Shown here: one piece after another, positions 37,161 to 50,245 of the stretch
Layout: each line of letters starts with the position of its first letter
Position numbering within the stretch: position 1 is the stretch's first letter
Source: Dendrobates tinctorius
Lineage: Eukaryota
NCBI RefSeq assembly: GCF_039654945.1
Contig: NW_027361728.1
Coordinates: forward strand, 48,484,001 to 48,548,000
Direction of reading: 5' to 3'
Length of the DNA stretch: 64,000 bases
Notes under the pieces: model-generated
What the model was told of the DNA's origin: nothing
The model's input: the letters and a program-made list of their open reading frames with translations, nothing else
Database searches by the model: none
Made by a program: the position numbers and the translations under genes

Positions 37161-38009
37161 TATCAACATAGTGTGTACCTTTTTGTTAGGGGCATTGTAA
37201 ACATCTCGCAAAACTGTAGCGTGGTTTCCTACACAGTTGCTGCTGGGAAGGTGCATGCTTTTATTAACAATATGGCAGATGAATCGTTGGATGAAGAGAT
37301 CTGAAAAAGGGGCATGGTGATCACAGGAATGGGACAGTACATGATTAATAACAGCATTGGCTATGATAGGTATGAGATCAAGGATACAGCCAACAATAAT
37401 TCGTGGTTTAACCACCATCAATTGCCAGAATCGGTTTCAAGCCCATTTGAAGATCGGTGTAACAGATGCGCGCGTGAGACTCGGCCTAAGTAATGCCCAT
37501 CCAAAGTATATTGCCAAAGGCGCACATGTCTGTATAAAGGGCAAAGTAAAACATGTTCGTGAGATGCTGAATTAGAGAAAACAGATCAGAGTTAGAGGAA
37601 AACCAAACAAACTAATGGATGCTTGTGAAAAACTAAGCTTAAAGAGGAGTGCATCATCCGTAACTATAAAAAGCAAACCCGTGGCACAAGCTTCTTCATT
37701 TTCACCCATATATAGTACCAATATAATCCTAATGTTCCAGTCTAAAATGAATTGTCCTAGCGTAACCAACACTATTAAAGGAATGGCACAAAATGTACAT
37801 AACCACGACCTTTTGAAACACCTGATTTCCTCTTTACAACATATGGATGATGATGGTATTGATGACGACTTAGAAATTTACCACATCCACACCAATAAGA
37901 TGGAGATAATTGCTGCAAAAAATGTGCAAAAAAGGCAGTGAATGTCTGGAAATCCATTTTCTCTAGGGCAAAGTTTACCTCTTACTAAAGTGGTACTGAA
38001 TGATGTATA

Positions 38010-39480
38010 CACAGCTCTCAGGTGTACTCAGCATGAGATGCTTGAAAGATGATGTATTGTGATTTGTCCATGTCCACTTTTTGAATGTGAGCAGAAAAGA
38101 AGGATGATATAGCGGGAAGACGTGTGATTTTGGTCAGTAAGGAGGTGATGTCAGGTACAGATAGGTAGATTTGTGTGCCATCGGTGTAGTGATGATATTG
38201 CAAACTGTGCCATTACATCAGCTGTCCCTGGCTGAAGGTGTAGACAGAGAAGAGTAGGGGTCCTAGAACAGAGCCTTGGAGAACACCAAAAGACAGGTGT
38301 TGAGGTGAGGAGGTGGTGTGGGAGACGGAGACAATGAATGTCCCCCTACCAGTCTTGTGTTCTTTAAAGACTGCCGATATACCCAAAAAGGACATTTGCA
38401 TCACCGGCCATACCGCATCAGCAGGGGTAGTAAAACTACCAGCCTTATCACCACCAGAATGATCAGGCACATTTCTGCAAAGCACTTGACTATGTTGGTT
38501 GAAGACCATGCTCCATGAACAGTGTCTGCGGATAATACCACTGCTTCTTCTGCTGTTGTGCGTGTAAGCCAATCCCCTGTTCACAGTGCCTGCGAAAATG
38601 CCACCTGCCCTGCACCTGCCGTTGACCACAGTCAAATAGCACCATCATCAAGCAGGTCCACGTCCTTTCCCAGTGCAGACTTCAGTTGTCCATAACCCAG
38701 TCATTGGACCATAAGTGGAAAGATGCAGCCAATAGCCCACAGGTCACAGTATTAAATTCACAAATTTCTCATCTGCTTGCGCTCTAAATGTTGCATTTTA
38801 GGCTCATGGGAGACGGATGCTTTCCGCAACCTGATGGCAGTAACAGTAACAAGGTACTCTGTCCCCACCCACCACTATTTCTCCGAGTATGCCATCACAA
38901 CATTACACAAGCAAGCATGTGTCCCACAACATTACCCGGGCCATCAACAATGGTGTTACAGGGAAAGTGCACCTAACCATGGACCTGTGGACAAGTGCTT
39001 GTGAGCAGGGATGGTGCATCTCACTGATGGCACACTAGGTTGCATAGAAGAAGTCATGACCCAGTCGGACATTGGGAGACCATGTCACATATGTAAGGAG
39101 GAGACAGGTTGTTGAAGGCTTTGCATGTCATAGTTAGGGTTTTGAACTGTTGCCTATGGGCAATAGGAAGGCAGTGAAGGACATGGCAGAGAGGAGAGGC
39201 TAGGGAATAACAGAGGGACAGTTGGATTACTCTAGAAGCAGAGTTTTGGATAGATTTGAGTGGTGCAAGAGTGTTAGAGGGAAGGCTAGAGAGTATAAGG
39301 TTGCAATAGTCAAAGTGGTAGATCATGAGGGCATGCACAAGCAGTTTTGAATTTTCTTGGAATGTACAGATCCAAGAAATATTTTTGAGTTGTAATGGGC
39401 AGGCGGAGACAAGGGCTTGCCTCCTCTTTAGCTTGAAAGAGAAGGCAGAGTCAAGTATCACCCCGAGGGCATGAACATTA
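38010..39480 (-). mobile_element. L2 LINE RT fragments (~38010-38320 and ~39054-39480)
   Basis: [30 protein letters not shown]; LGVILDSAFSF, LVHALMIYHFDYCN, LHCLPI..QFKTL. Confidence 0.8.
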
Positions 39481-41360
39481 GGGAATATTGGTCCTTTGTG
39501 CCATCCCAGCATTCCACAGGCACGTTTCCCATGACATTACCCGTGCCCTCCACAATGCTGTTACTTGGAAAGTCCACCTAACCACAAGCATGTGGACCGT
39601 GGACAAGTGCTTGTGGTCAGGGACGGTACATCTCACTGAGGGCACAATGGATTAACATAGTGGAAGCTGGGACCCACTCCAACCTTGATATGGTGCACGT
39701 CCTCCCAAACCCCGAGTATTGCGGGCTCTACGCCAATCCAGGTTGCCCCCACAGTCTACAGCTCCTACACCTCCTCCTCCTTTGCCTCCTCTTTAGCCTC
39801 CATCTACAAAAAGTAGCACATCAGTCACAAGCTGGAAGCACTGCAGCACTGCCACGTGAAAGTGGAAACAGGCTGTTCTGAAGTTAACCTGCTTTTGTGA
39901 CAAACTCCAAAATGCTGAAGAGTTGTGGACATCTCTGAAAGAGCAGGCAGATCAGTGGCTGAGACAGCTGAATCCACAGCCAGGCATGGCTGTGTGTGAC
40001 AATGGCTGGAACCTGGTGGCTGCTCTGTGTCGAGGCGAGCCCACACACGTGTCATGCCTAGCTCATGCGCTTAACCAAATTAATCAACATTTTTTGAAAA
40101 GTGACACAGAGCTGGCAGATCTGCTCAGAAAAGTACATCGTTCAAAATACCCATTTTAGAAAGTCAGCTGCAGCTTCATCCGCCCTTCCCGTGATTCAGC
40201 AGCGCTTGCAGCTTCTGGCTCAACAACTGTTGTGTGAAGCCCCCAGGCCTTGGAACTCTATACTGCAGATGTTGGAAAAGATTTGTGAGCAGAAGATGGC
40301 AGTTGTTGAATAGTCCACCAGCATTAACAAGGTTGTTGGTGTTCAGTTCTGTCTTCACACATAACATGTGAGGAGTGGACATGGATGTCTGACATATGTA
40401 ACATCCTCCAAAACTTTGACAAATCCACAAAGAGGGTGAGCATCAATGACACCATAATTAATATCTGCATCCTGCTTATCTATGCTCTAATTTGAAGATT
40501 CAGAGTTATTATAGAGCGAAAACGTATTCACAATTTAACAGTTTCAAACACAACAGTCCTAAGTAACAACGATAACAATAATCCAATAATTAAACCAAAA
40601 CAAAACTACCCTGCTGATAACAGCTTACAATCTACACTAAGTAACAACGAGAACAATAATTAAACCAAAACAAAATCAATCCTGCTAGTGACAACTTACA
40701 ATCTAAGATGAGGTTGAGGAGATAAAATATTCAGGGGTGTATTTGCAAGAAGGTATTTACAATGATGTTTGTACAATGATATTACTGAGGTTAGTTCTAA
40801 GTGTTGGAGGCCTATGGACAAGAAGTAGGAGGAGAGCATGGTCAGTTGTCCTCTTGGTGAGGACAAAGAAGTATTGACTGCTACCAGTCTTGCACGCATG
40901 GCTGAGTTTATGTTACGCTGCCTTTCCCATCACCCTTGCATTATCAAAATATTGGGTGATGGGCAATACTGATTGGTGACACTTCTAAACCTAGCCTACA
41001 AGGAGAACTTTACATCTCTTATTCCAGAGGCAGACAGGTGTACTAAAATGTTGGAGGAAGAGATGGCCCTTCTTGCAGAATTATTTAAAAACTTCACATC
41101 TAAAAATGCTGGCAGCAAAGGTCAAAATTTGTTGGCCAAGCAAGGAGTACAGGTGAGAGAGACACAACTCCAAGTCAGCAAAGGTAGTGGAACACTGGCA
41201 AAGTTTTGGGAGAGTTTTCTCAGACCCTCACATTGCCCTGTCCCTAAGTTTTTTAAAATGCTGAGGGAGTACCTTGCTGACCATACCAACATCCTCTGTC
41301 ATTCCTCTGTGCCTTCTAATTATTGGTTATCCCCGCTGAACACGTGGCAAGAACTGTCTC
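38330..41360 (+). pseudogene. Decayed hAT transposase fragments interleaved with L2 pieces
   Basis: GKVHLT-like segments at ~38960 and ~39567; AVCDNGWNLVAAL..HVSCLAHALN; PRPWNSILQMLEKICEQ; SVPSNYWLSPLNTWQEL. Confidence 0.7.
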
Positions 41361-43546
41361 TCTCTACTTTGCACATGTGCTGTATTCATGGTCAAGGAGC
41401 TAACAGTGCTTCGCTCTCTGGCGGTTACTGGGCAAACGGCGCCTTGGTAAATGGCAGTATCGCTTTTAGTGGCAGGAGACAAAGGAAATTGTCCTTTGCA
41501 GAGCCACTGCTCTAATGATGGAGCACGCTAGTCAGCCTCCTATGTGCTGCTTGTCCATGCCAAAAATCTTTGATGTCTTGCCCAATTTTTCTTAAGCTGG
41601 ACCCATGCCTCTAGTTCACTGTTTCTGTCAGCTACATTTAGCCAAAGCTGGGGACTCACTCCTGCTTTGCTCTTTTATCCATCAGCTTCTGACCAGGTTC
41701 TCTGTCTAAACGCGACCCTCTTTCGGTATAATGGGGTCTGTCCGTTACCCTATTCCTTACGCCGGGAAACAGGGGACGCAGGTTTGACAGTTCCGTAAAT
41801 GGCGCAGCATAGGTACCCACAGCCCGGTCATCCTGACTCCTTACATATCTGGCAAATCAGTTCTTTAATGCAAGCAGCATAGAAGGCATGTACTTCCAAT
41901 TTTCTAGAGAAAATTGTACAGTACATCCCAAACAGTTTCAATTTGAAGGACTTTGTGGCTCATATCATTCCACAAGATGACACAAGTCTCATACTTAAAA
42001 TTTTTGGTGGAAAATAATTTCCCCACTGGCAGCTTGGGTATGTTTAGAATTATGTTACATCATTTGCGTGATTAATTATTCATACCTATTTGGTTCACAA
42101 TATATTCATCTTTTTCTTCAAGGCTTTGGAATATAATGTTGTAAGAGTTAAAGCAACATGTTGAAGTGTTTTACCTCAAATGTGAAAATACTTGTCAATT
42201 GTCATCTTTACTATTTCTCCATTCCATGTGTGGCTAACCACCTCATTGATGTTATTGAGTTTCTTTGTGAAGAAAACAACAGCTACACCAATACCACATG
42301 CTTTTCCAATTAATTCATCCTGCTGCAGAAGTAGAGGTGAGATTAGGGACTCACATAACATCTGGGGACTGCAGTCAACATGACACGGTGCTAACACCCA
42401 CTGGGGTATAGCTAGCAAGTTGACATAGTTTGTGCACAGCTGAACAGAGTTGTCAGAAAAAAAAATCCTTCAATAACATGTTTGATAGATTGTCTAGTGG
42501 AAACACCCATTTAGTATTATTATTATTTAGTTATTTAGATACATTGTAATAGATATCGTTTACCCAAATAAAAATTACCGTGATAGACTGTTACAGAGGG
42601 GAGAGGACCTTGTTCTTTCCGACTTTCATTCTGCGGGAGAATGGGAAAGAGACAGAAGGTGGTGGGTGCAGCACCTCGGGTGGTGTAGAGGCCGCAGCTC
42701 GTGTAGTGATGTAGAAGTCACATCTACGATCACCACGCTCTCCAATTGACATCTCTGGAAATGCATCCAAAATGTCAAGATCTCTAGCTTCAGTTATAGA
42801 AAAATGCATGGGCTCCTTTTAAACATCATCGTCCAACCAATTCAGTATTAGTAGGTGATGGCTTGTCAGAATCCTGCCCAGGAACACCAGGCTTCAGTAG
42901 TTGTGAGTCCTGTCCCCGTAATCCTCAACATTATCTTGCTTTGGCTCTTCTAGGCATGTTTTCATCAAGAAGATTTAGCCTTCATAATACAGAGACTGAG
43001 CACAATGCAGAGTACAGCACCGCCTAAGTGTTCACCCTCTGCTACTCAGACTATCTGCCTCTAGGCTGAAGATTATGATGGTGGTAGCAGTTGGAGCATT
43101 TAATACAGTCATGAAGCTGCCATAACAACTTGACACAGAAATCTTTCTATCAACATACCCGCTGTAAAAAATTATTATTTTTTGAGGGGGATAAAAATAG
43201 GGCTGAATATAAAGAGAGTGACAGACTGCCCAAAAAAGGGAAGTCAGGCCTAAAATGCCACAATTTTTGGCACACGGATGTATGAGGCATGTCACAGATA
43301 GACCCCACTGTAAATTGTGGCCTGTGTTTAAAATAATGCAACATAGTGCTGTGTATAACTTGAGTACCAGACAGGAAAACTCTGGAGTACTGGCCTACAA
43401 TCCACAAATTTTTATCACACGGACGTATGAGGCGCATAATTCCCAAAATGATATAAATTAAAACATCGGCTTGTGACATAAAACACAAACCCTCCTACAG
43501 CTTCATACCTGAAAATTGAAAATGTTATGCCGCTCTTAAAGACATA

Positions 43547-44119
43547 CCGTATATACTCGTGTATAAGCCGACCAGAGTATAAGCCTAGGCACATAATTTT
43601 GCCATGGAAAACTGGATAAGCTTATTGACTCGAGTATAAGCCAGGTATGCATTGTCCCCTCATCCCTGTCCTGCCCTGTGTGGCTCCCCACAGTCCCATC
43701 CTTCTATGCATGGCTGTGTTTCCCCATCCTCCTCCGTGCTCTCCCATCCTCCTCCATGCTCCCCCATCCTCTTCCATGCTCCTCCGTGCTCTTTTGCCAT
43801 CCTCTGTGCTCCCCCATCATGCTCCTTGCTCCCCTGTCCTCCCCCGTGTTCTCCCTTCCTCCTCCATCCTGCTCTGTGCTCCTCTGTTCTCCGTCCTGCG
43901 CCGTGCTCCCCTGTCCTCCTCCGTGCTCCTCCATGCTTTTCCTTGCTCCCCCATCCTCCCCTGTCAAACTCACCCTCCTCGCGCCATCACTGCACATCTC
44001 TGAATATCAGTTGTCTTGGCTTCCTGCAGCCCTCCTGTGCTGAGCGGTCACTTTGTACCGCTCATTAAGGTAATGGATAGGCGCTTCACGCTTATGAAAG
44101 CGGAGACATATGCATATTC
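43547..44119 (+). mobile_element. Tc1/mariner (pogo/Tc2-like) MITE left end with a C/T-rich minisatellite (~43670-43980)
   Basis: TA|CCGTATATACTCG(T/A)GTATAAGCCG terminus with internal GAGTATAAGCC repeats. Confidence 0.65.
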
Positions 44120-46715
44120 AAAATTTATTGTGCAATTTGTCCTGAGTGCGCTGATACCCCATATGTGGGGGTAAACCACTGTGTGTGCGCATGGCAGAGC
44201 TCAGAAGGGAAGCAGCTACGTTTGACTTTTTCAACAAAAATTGGCTGGAATTGAGATTGGACCCCCCAATGAACTTATCTAGATGTGTGGTGAGCACTTT
44301 GAACCACCAAGTGCTTCTCAGAAGTTTATAACACCCGGGCATAAATATAGAAAAATCATATTTTTCCATAAATATGATTTTTAATCCCCATTTTTTTTAT
44401 TTTCCCTAGGGTAACAGGAAAAATTGGACCCCAAAATTGTTGTCCAACTTCTCCTGAGTATGCTGATACCCCATATGTGGGAGAAAACTACTGTATGGGC
44501 ACACGTTTGGGCTCGGAAGGGAAGTAGTGATGTTTTGGAATGCAGACTTTGATGGAATGGTATGCAGGTGTCATGTTGCATTTGGAGAGCCCCTGATGTG
44601 CCTAAACAGTGGAAAACCCCCACAAATGACCCCATTTTGGAAACTAGACCCCCAAGGAGCTTATCTAGATGTGTGGTGAGCACTTTGAACCCCCAATTGC
44701 TTCAAGAAGTTTATAACGTGGAGCCATAAGATAAAAAAATCATATTTTTTCCCAAAAATGATATATTTGCCCTCAAATTTTTATTTTCTCAAGGATATCA
44801 GGAGAAATTGGACCACAAAAGTTGTTGCACAATTTGTCCTGAGTAGGCTGATACCCCATATATGGGGGTAAACCACTGCTTGTGCGCATGGCAGAGCTTG
44901 GAAGGGAAGGAGCACCGTTTGACTTTTTCACCGTAGAATTGGCTGGAATTGAGATCAGATGCCATGTTACGTTTGGAGAACCCCCATGATGTGCCTAAAC
45001 AGTGGAAACCCCCCAATTCTAACTCCAACCCTAACCCTAACACACCCCTAACCCTAGCCCTAACTCTAGCCCTAACACACCACTAACCCTAATCCCAACC
45101 CTAACCCTAGCCCTAACCCCAACACACCCCTAGCCCTAACACTAGCCCTAACCCTAATACAGCCCTAACCCTTATCCCAACCCTAACCCTAGCCCTAACC
45201 CTAACACACCCCTAACCCTAACCCTTACCCTAGCCCTAACTGTAACATTAACCCTAACCCTAGCCCTAACACTAGCCCTAACCCTAGCCCTAACCCTAAT
45301 CCTAATGGTAAAATGTATATAAATACATTTTTTAAAATTTTATTATTTTTCCCTAACTAAGGGGGTGATAAAGGAAGGTTTGATTTACTATTTATAGTGG
45401 GTTTTTATGTTTGGCAGTTGTCACATGCTAAAAGACGCTTTTTATTGTAAAAATAGTTTTTGCATCACCACATTTTGAGAGCTATAATTTTTCATATTTT
45501 GACCCACAGAGTCATGTGAGGTCATATTTTTTGCACGATGAGTTGACATTTTTATTGGTACCTTTTTCGGGCACATGACATTTTTTGATTGCTTTTTATT
45601 TTGATTTTTGGGAGACATAATGAACAAAAATCTGCAATTCATGAAATTCTTTTGGGGGGGCGTTTACACCATTCCGCGGTAAAATTGATAAAGCAGTTTT
45701 ATTCTTCAGGTCAGTATGATTACAGCAATACCTCAATTATATCTTTTTTTTATGTTTGGCGCTTTTATACAATAAAAACAATTTGATATAAAAAATAATT
45801 ATTTTGCATCACTTTATTCTGTGAGCAATAACTTGTTTATTTTTTCACTGATGATGCTGTCTGGTGGCTCGCTTTTTGAGGGACAAGATGACGTTTTCAG
45901 TGGTACCATGATCATTTATATTCGTCTTTTGGATCGCGCGTTATTGCACTTTTTTCATCGGCGGTATGATGATAAAGCATTGTTTTTTACCTTGTTTTTT
46001 TAAGGGGTTCACTAAAGGGGTTAACTAGTGGGACCATTTTGCAGGGGGGGTTGTTATGGACATGGCGATACTAAATATGTGTATTTATATTGTTTTTTTA
46101 TTTACAAAAAATGAATTTATTAGGGAATTTTTTTTATTTAGGATTTCTTTTTAAAATTATTTTTACACATGATTTTTTTTTTCACTTTATTATATTGTCC
46201 CAGGGGGACATTATTATAAAGTGTCAGATCGCTGATCTGACACTTTGCAGTGTACTGTCTCAGATCAGCGATCTGACAGGCACTGAGAAGGCTTTCTCAG
46301 CACCTGCTCTCAACAGGCACTGAGAAAGCCGCCTCCCAGCAGGACCCTGAAGGCCCCGTGGCCATATTGGATCCGGGGGCCTGCAGGGAGAGGCCCTTGA
46401 AGCAACACGAGCACATCGCGTTGCTCCGAGAGTCTTAGGAAAGAACGCAGGGAGCCCCCTCCCTGTGTGATTCTTCCCTATGCCCCCTACACTGCAATCA
46501 TGTTTGATCGCAGTGTGCCAGGAGTTAATGTGCCAGGGGCAGTCTGTGACCGCCCCTGGCACAAAGTGCCCAGTGTCAGCTGTGATAATCAGCTGACACC
46601 CGGCCGCGATCAGCTGCATTCCCCTCGAGAGCGCCGCTGATCGCTATGACGTACTAACCCATACTCGGTCGTACGGGCCCAGGTACCGTGGACAGGATAG
46701 TATATCAGATGTTAA
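44120..46715. mobile_element. Second (truncated) piggyBac-type non-autonomous element with the same tandem units and a CCCTAA array (45019-45305)
   Basis: Shares CCTGAGTA.GCTGATACCCCATATGTGGG and TTATCTAGATGTGTGGTGAGCAC units with 22773-25796; the array follows the same anchor CCTAAACAGTGGAAACCCC. Confidence 0.8.
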
Positions 46716-46719
46716 TATA

Positions 46720-48271
46720 CACTGCGTGCAGAATTATTAGGCAAGTTGTATTTGAGAGGATTCTTTTTATTATTGAACAACAACTATGTTCTCAATCAAC
46801 CCAAAAGACTCATAAATATCAAAGCTTAATATTTTTGGAAGTTGGAGTGTTTTTTTTTTAGATTTGGCTATCTTAGGAGGATATCTGTTTGTGCAGGTAA
46901 CTATTACTGTGCAGATTTATTAGGCAACTTAATAAAAACCAAATATATACCCAACTCACTTGTTTATTTTCACCAGGTAAACCAATATAACACAAAATTT
47001 AGAAATAAACATTTCTGACATTCAAAAACAAAAAAAATCAATGAATAATATAGCCACCTTTCTTTACGATGACACTCAAGAGCCTTCCATCCATAGATTC
47101 TGTCAGTTGCTTGATCTGTTTGTGATCAACATTGCGTGCAGCAGCCACCACAGCCTCCCAGACACTGTTCCGAGAGGTGTACTGTTTTCCCTCCCTACAG
47201 ATCTCACATTTTATGAGGGACCACAGGTTCTCTATGGGGTTCAGATCAGGTGAACAAGGGGGCCATGTCATTATTTTTTCTTCCTTTAGACCTTAACTGG
47301 CCAGCCATGCTGTGGAGTATTTGGATGCATGTGATGGAGCATTGTCCTGCATGAAAATCATGTTTTACTTGAACGATACTGACTTCTTCCTGTACCACTG
47401 CTTGAAGAAGGTGTCTTCCAGAAACTGGCAGTAGGTCTGGGAGTTGAGCTTCACTCCATCCTCAACCTGAAAAGGTCCCACAAGTTCATTTTTGATGATA
47501 CCAGCCCAAACCAGTACCCCACCTCCACCTTGCTGGCGTCTGAGTCGGAGTAGAGCTCTCTGCCCTTTACTGATCCAGCCTCGGGCCCATGCATCTGGCC
47601 CATCAAGAGTCACTCTCATTTCATCAGTCCATAAAACCTTAGAAAAATCAGTCTTAAAATATTTCTTGGCCCAGTCTTGACATTTTATCTTATGTTTCTT
47701 GTTCAAAGGTGGTCGTTTTTCAGCCTTCCTTACCTTGGCCATGTCCCTGAGTATAGCACACCTTGTTCTTTTTGATACTCCAGTAACTTTGCAGCTCTGA
47801 AATATGGCAAAACTGGAGGCAAATGGCATCTTGGCAGATTCACGCTTGATTTTCCTCAATTCATGGGCAGTTATTTTGCGCCTTTTTTATAAACACGCTT
47901 CTTGCGACCCTGTTGGATATTTGCCATCAAATGCTTGATTGTTCGGTGATCACGCTTCAAAAGTTTGGCAATTTCAAGACTACTGCATCCCTCTGCAAGA
48001 CATCTCACAATTTTCGACTTTTCAGAGTCCGTCAAATCTCTGTTCTGACCCATTTTGCCAAAGGAAAGGAAGTTGCCTAATAATTAAGCACACCTTATAT
48101 AAGGTTTTGATGTCATTAGACCACACCCCTCCTCATTAGAGAGATGCAAATCACCTGATTTACGTAATTGGCAGTTGGCTTTCAAGCCTATACAGCTTGG
48201 AGTAGGACGACATATATAAAAAGGATGATGTGATCAAAATACTCATTTGCCTAATAATTCTGCACACAGTG
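46720..48271 (-). mobile_element. Tc1/mariner DD37E (TRT-type) transposon; transposase pseudogene 48053-47038
   Basis: TA|CACTGCGTGCAGAATTATTAGGCAA...TTGCCTAATAATTCTGCACACAGTG|TA; WTDEMR; [20 protein letters not shown] with 37 residues between D and E; two nonsense codons and one frameshift. Confidence 0.92.
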
Positions 48272-48609
48272 TATGTGCAAATGTAGCTATCTGGAAAATC
48301 ATATTGATGAGTATGTTTTGCTGTATAATTAATGCTGTAAATCAAAAACCTAAAAAAGAATTCCACTTTGTTTTGCTATTTTGCTACACTTTGAATTTTT
48401 TTCCTGCTTTCCAGCACATTATGTGATAAAATGGATGGTGTAACTCAAAAGTATAACTCGCCCCGGTAAAGACAAGCCTTCACAGCTATATCAATGGAAA
48501 AATAAAAAAAGTTATTGCTCTTGGAATAAGGGGAGGACAAAAGACGGCTTATGAAGGAGAAATAAGGTCAATAAAGGATTAATGCCAATCCCACATAATT
48601 TCCCCATGG

Positions 48610-48666
<57 letters not shown>

Positions 48667-49224
48667 TCCTGAGAAGACCCAATCAGTTGAGTCAAATGGA
48701 ATTCTTCTGAATTTCAATTTTTTTGTAATTCATCTCATGTGCATCCAGCAAACTGGTGGCCAGCAACTCTTTTGCTAATTTTTATTGAGCACAGAAAGTG
48801 GTTAATTAAAAATAATGAAAAAAATATTAATTCATCTCAGTTTTTATCAGTCTCACCACTGGTCCCCTGGGAAACTGCCTTTGGCCTCTTTATCTGTCCA
48901 TGACATAAGAAGTCCTCTTTTTCCATCATCACTTTGTTCTCGGCTTCATGAACCAAGAAGGTCTCATGCACATCATTACATCACAGCAAGTGCTTCCAGA
49001 GACCAAGTCAGTGCCGTGAGTGACACTCATGATGTCTGAACCCTACCGAGCGCCTGAAGCCCCAGTTTTGGAAGGAGAACAAGAGAAATAATGTCCTGTG
49101 AAATGGGGTTAAGAAAAGGCACAGATGGAGAGCAGGGAGATGCAGCAGTGGGACAGAGGAGTGGTGAAGTTTTCTTTTCACCTTATGCTTACTATGCTCT
49201 GGGGTTAGGGTAAACCCTATAATA

Positions 49225-49479
49225 GCATAGCATGGTGACTCAGTGGTTAGCACTGCAGCCCTACAGCACTGGAGTTCTTGGTTCCAATCCCACCAAGGAC
49301 AATATCTGCAAGTAGTTTATATATTCTTCCTGTTTTTGCGTGAGTTTATTCCCACATTCCAAAGACATACTGAGGGAATTTAGATTGTGAGCACCATTGG
49401 AGACAGCGATGATAATGTGTGCAAAAACTGTAAAGCCCTGCGGAATATGTTGATGCTACATAAATAAAGAGATTATTAT
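49225..49479 (+). mobile_element. V-SINE-type tRNA-derived SINE with an L2-derived tail
   Basis: A box TGACTCAGTGG, B box GGTTCCAATCC, central CTGCAAGTAGTTT..TTTGCGTG domain, tail TAGATTGTGAGC..TGTAAAGCCCTGCGGAATATGTTG..AAATAAA. Confidence 0.8.
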
Positions 49480-49608
49480 AGTAGTGCACATTTGCTTTGC
49501 ATTGCTTACATTCAATGCCAATTGAATTACCTGGCCAAATTTGTACTAACTGCTGGATTCAAATTTCAACAGATTTACTCGTCACCAATAAGATTTTTAG
49601 GGGCTAGG

Positions 49609-50245
49609 TGTCATGATTCCAGTGCAGGTTTTTGAGCTGCACACCGGGGGTTAATGTCTGGAGCTCTGTGCAGGTTTTGACCTGCACACTTGGAGTTAAT
49701 GATTGTGGCCTCTTTCTGGTTCTGGGAGAGCTTCATAAACCTCTGAGTAGCTTCAATCCCTGCCAGTTATACTTCTGCCTTTGGCCTAGTGTGCTGACCC
49801 CCGTGTGCCTGTATGTTGCTATAGCTTGTTTATATGGTTCTGACCCGATTCTGTTTCCCGTTGTGAGTTTGCCTGTTGATTTTGTACTGCGTTATTATCT
49901 CTGTGTATGACTCATTGCCTGTGATCTGACTACTCTCTGCTCACCCCTCTTGTACCCTGCAGCTATCTCTGTGTATGACTCATTGGCTATGTCCTGACTA
50001 TCCTCCCTGTCTATGCCCCTTGGTAACTTTGTCTCGCAGTTACTCTGCTAGAAATTGTCTTGCAGCTCCTAGCTCTGTGGAGTTTAGGCCACGCCTCTAG
50101 CAGTCACGTGCTTCAGGTCCTGCGGGTCTGAAGTACACATCTATTCGGTTGCTGCCCGCTCCACAGGTATCTTTGAGCACGCTTTTGCTTTACTCAGGGC
50201 ACGCGCACTGGCTCAGTGAGCAAGTTCAGTGCGGTGTTCCTGACA
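49609..50245. mobile_element. Solo LTR with perfect 5-bp TSD CTAGG
   Basis: CTAGG|TGTCATGA...TCCTGACA|CTAGG. Confidence 0.88.

Noticed and set aside
43647-44068. Pro/Ser/Leu/Cys-rich ORFs
   Set aside because: C/T-rich minisatellite inside a MITE.
49225-49295. tRNA gene
   Set aside because: A and B boxes are present but continue into a SINE body and L2 tail; no convincing cloverleaf.
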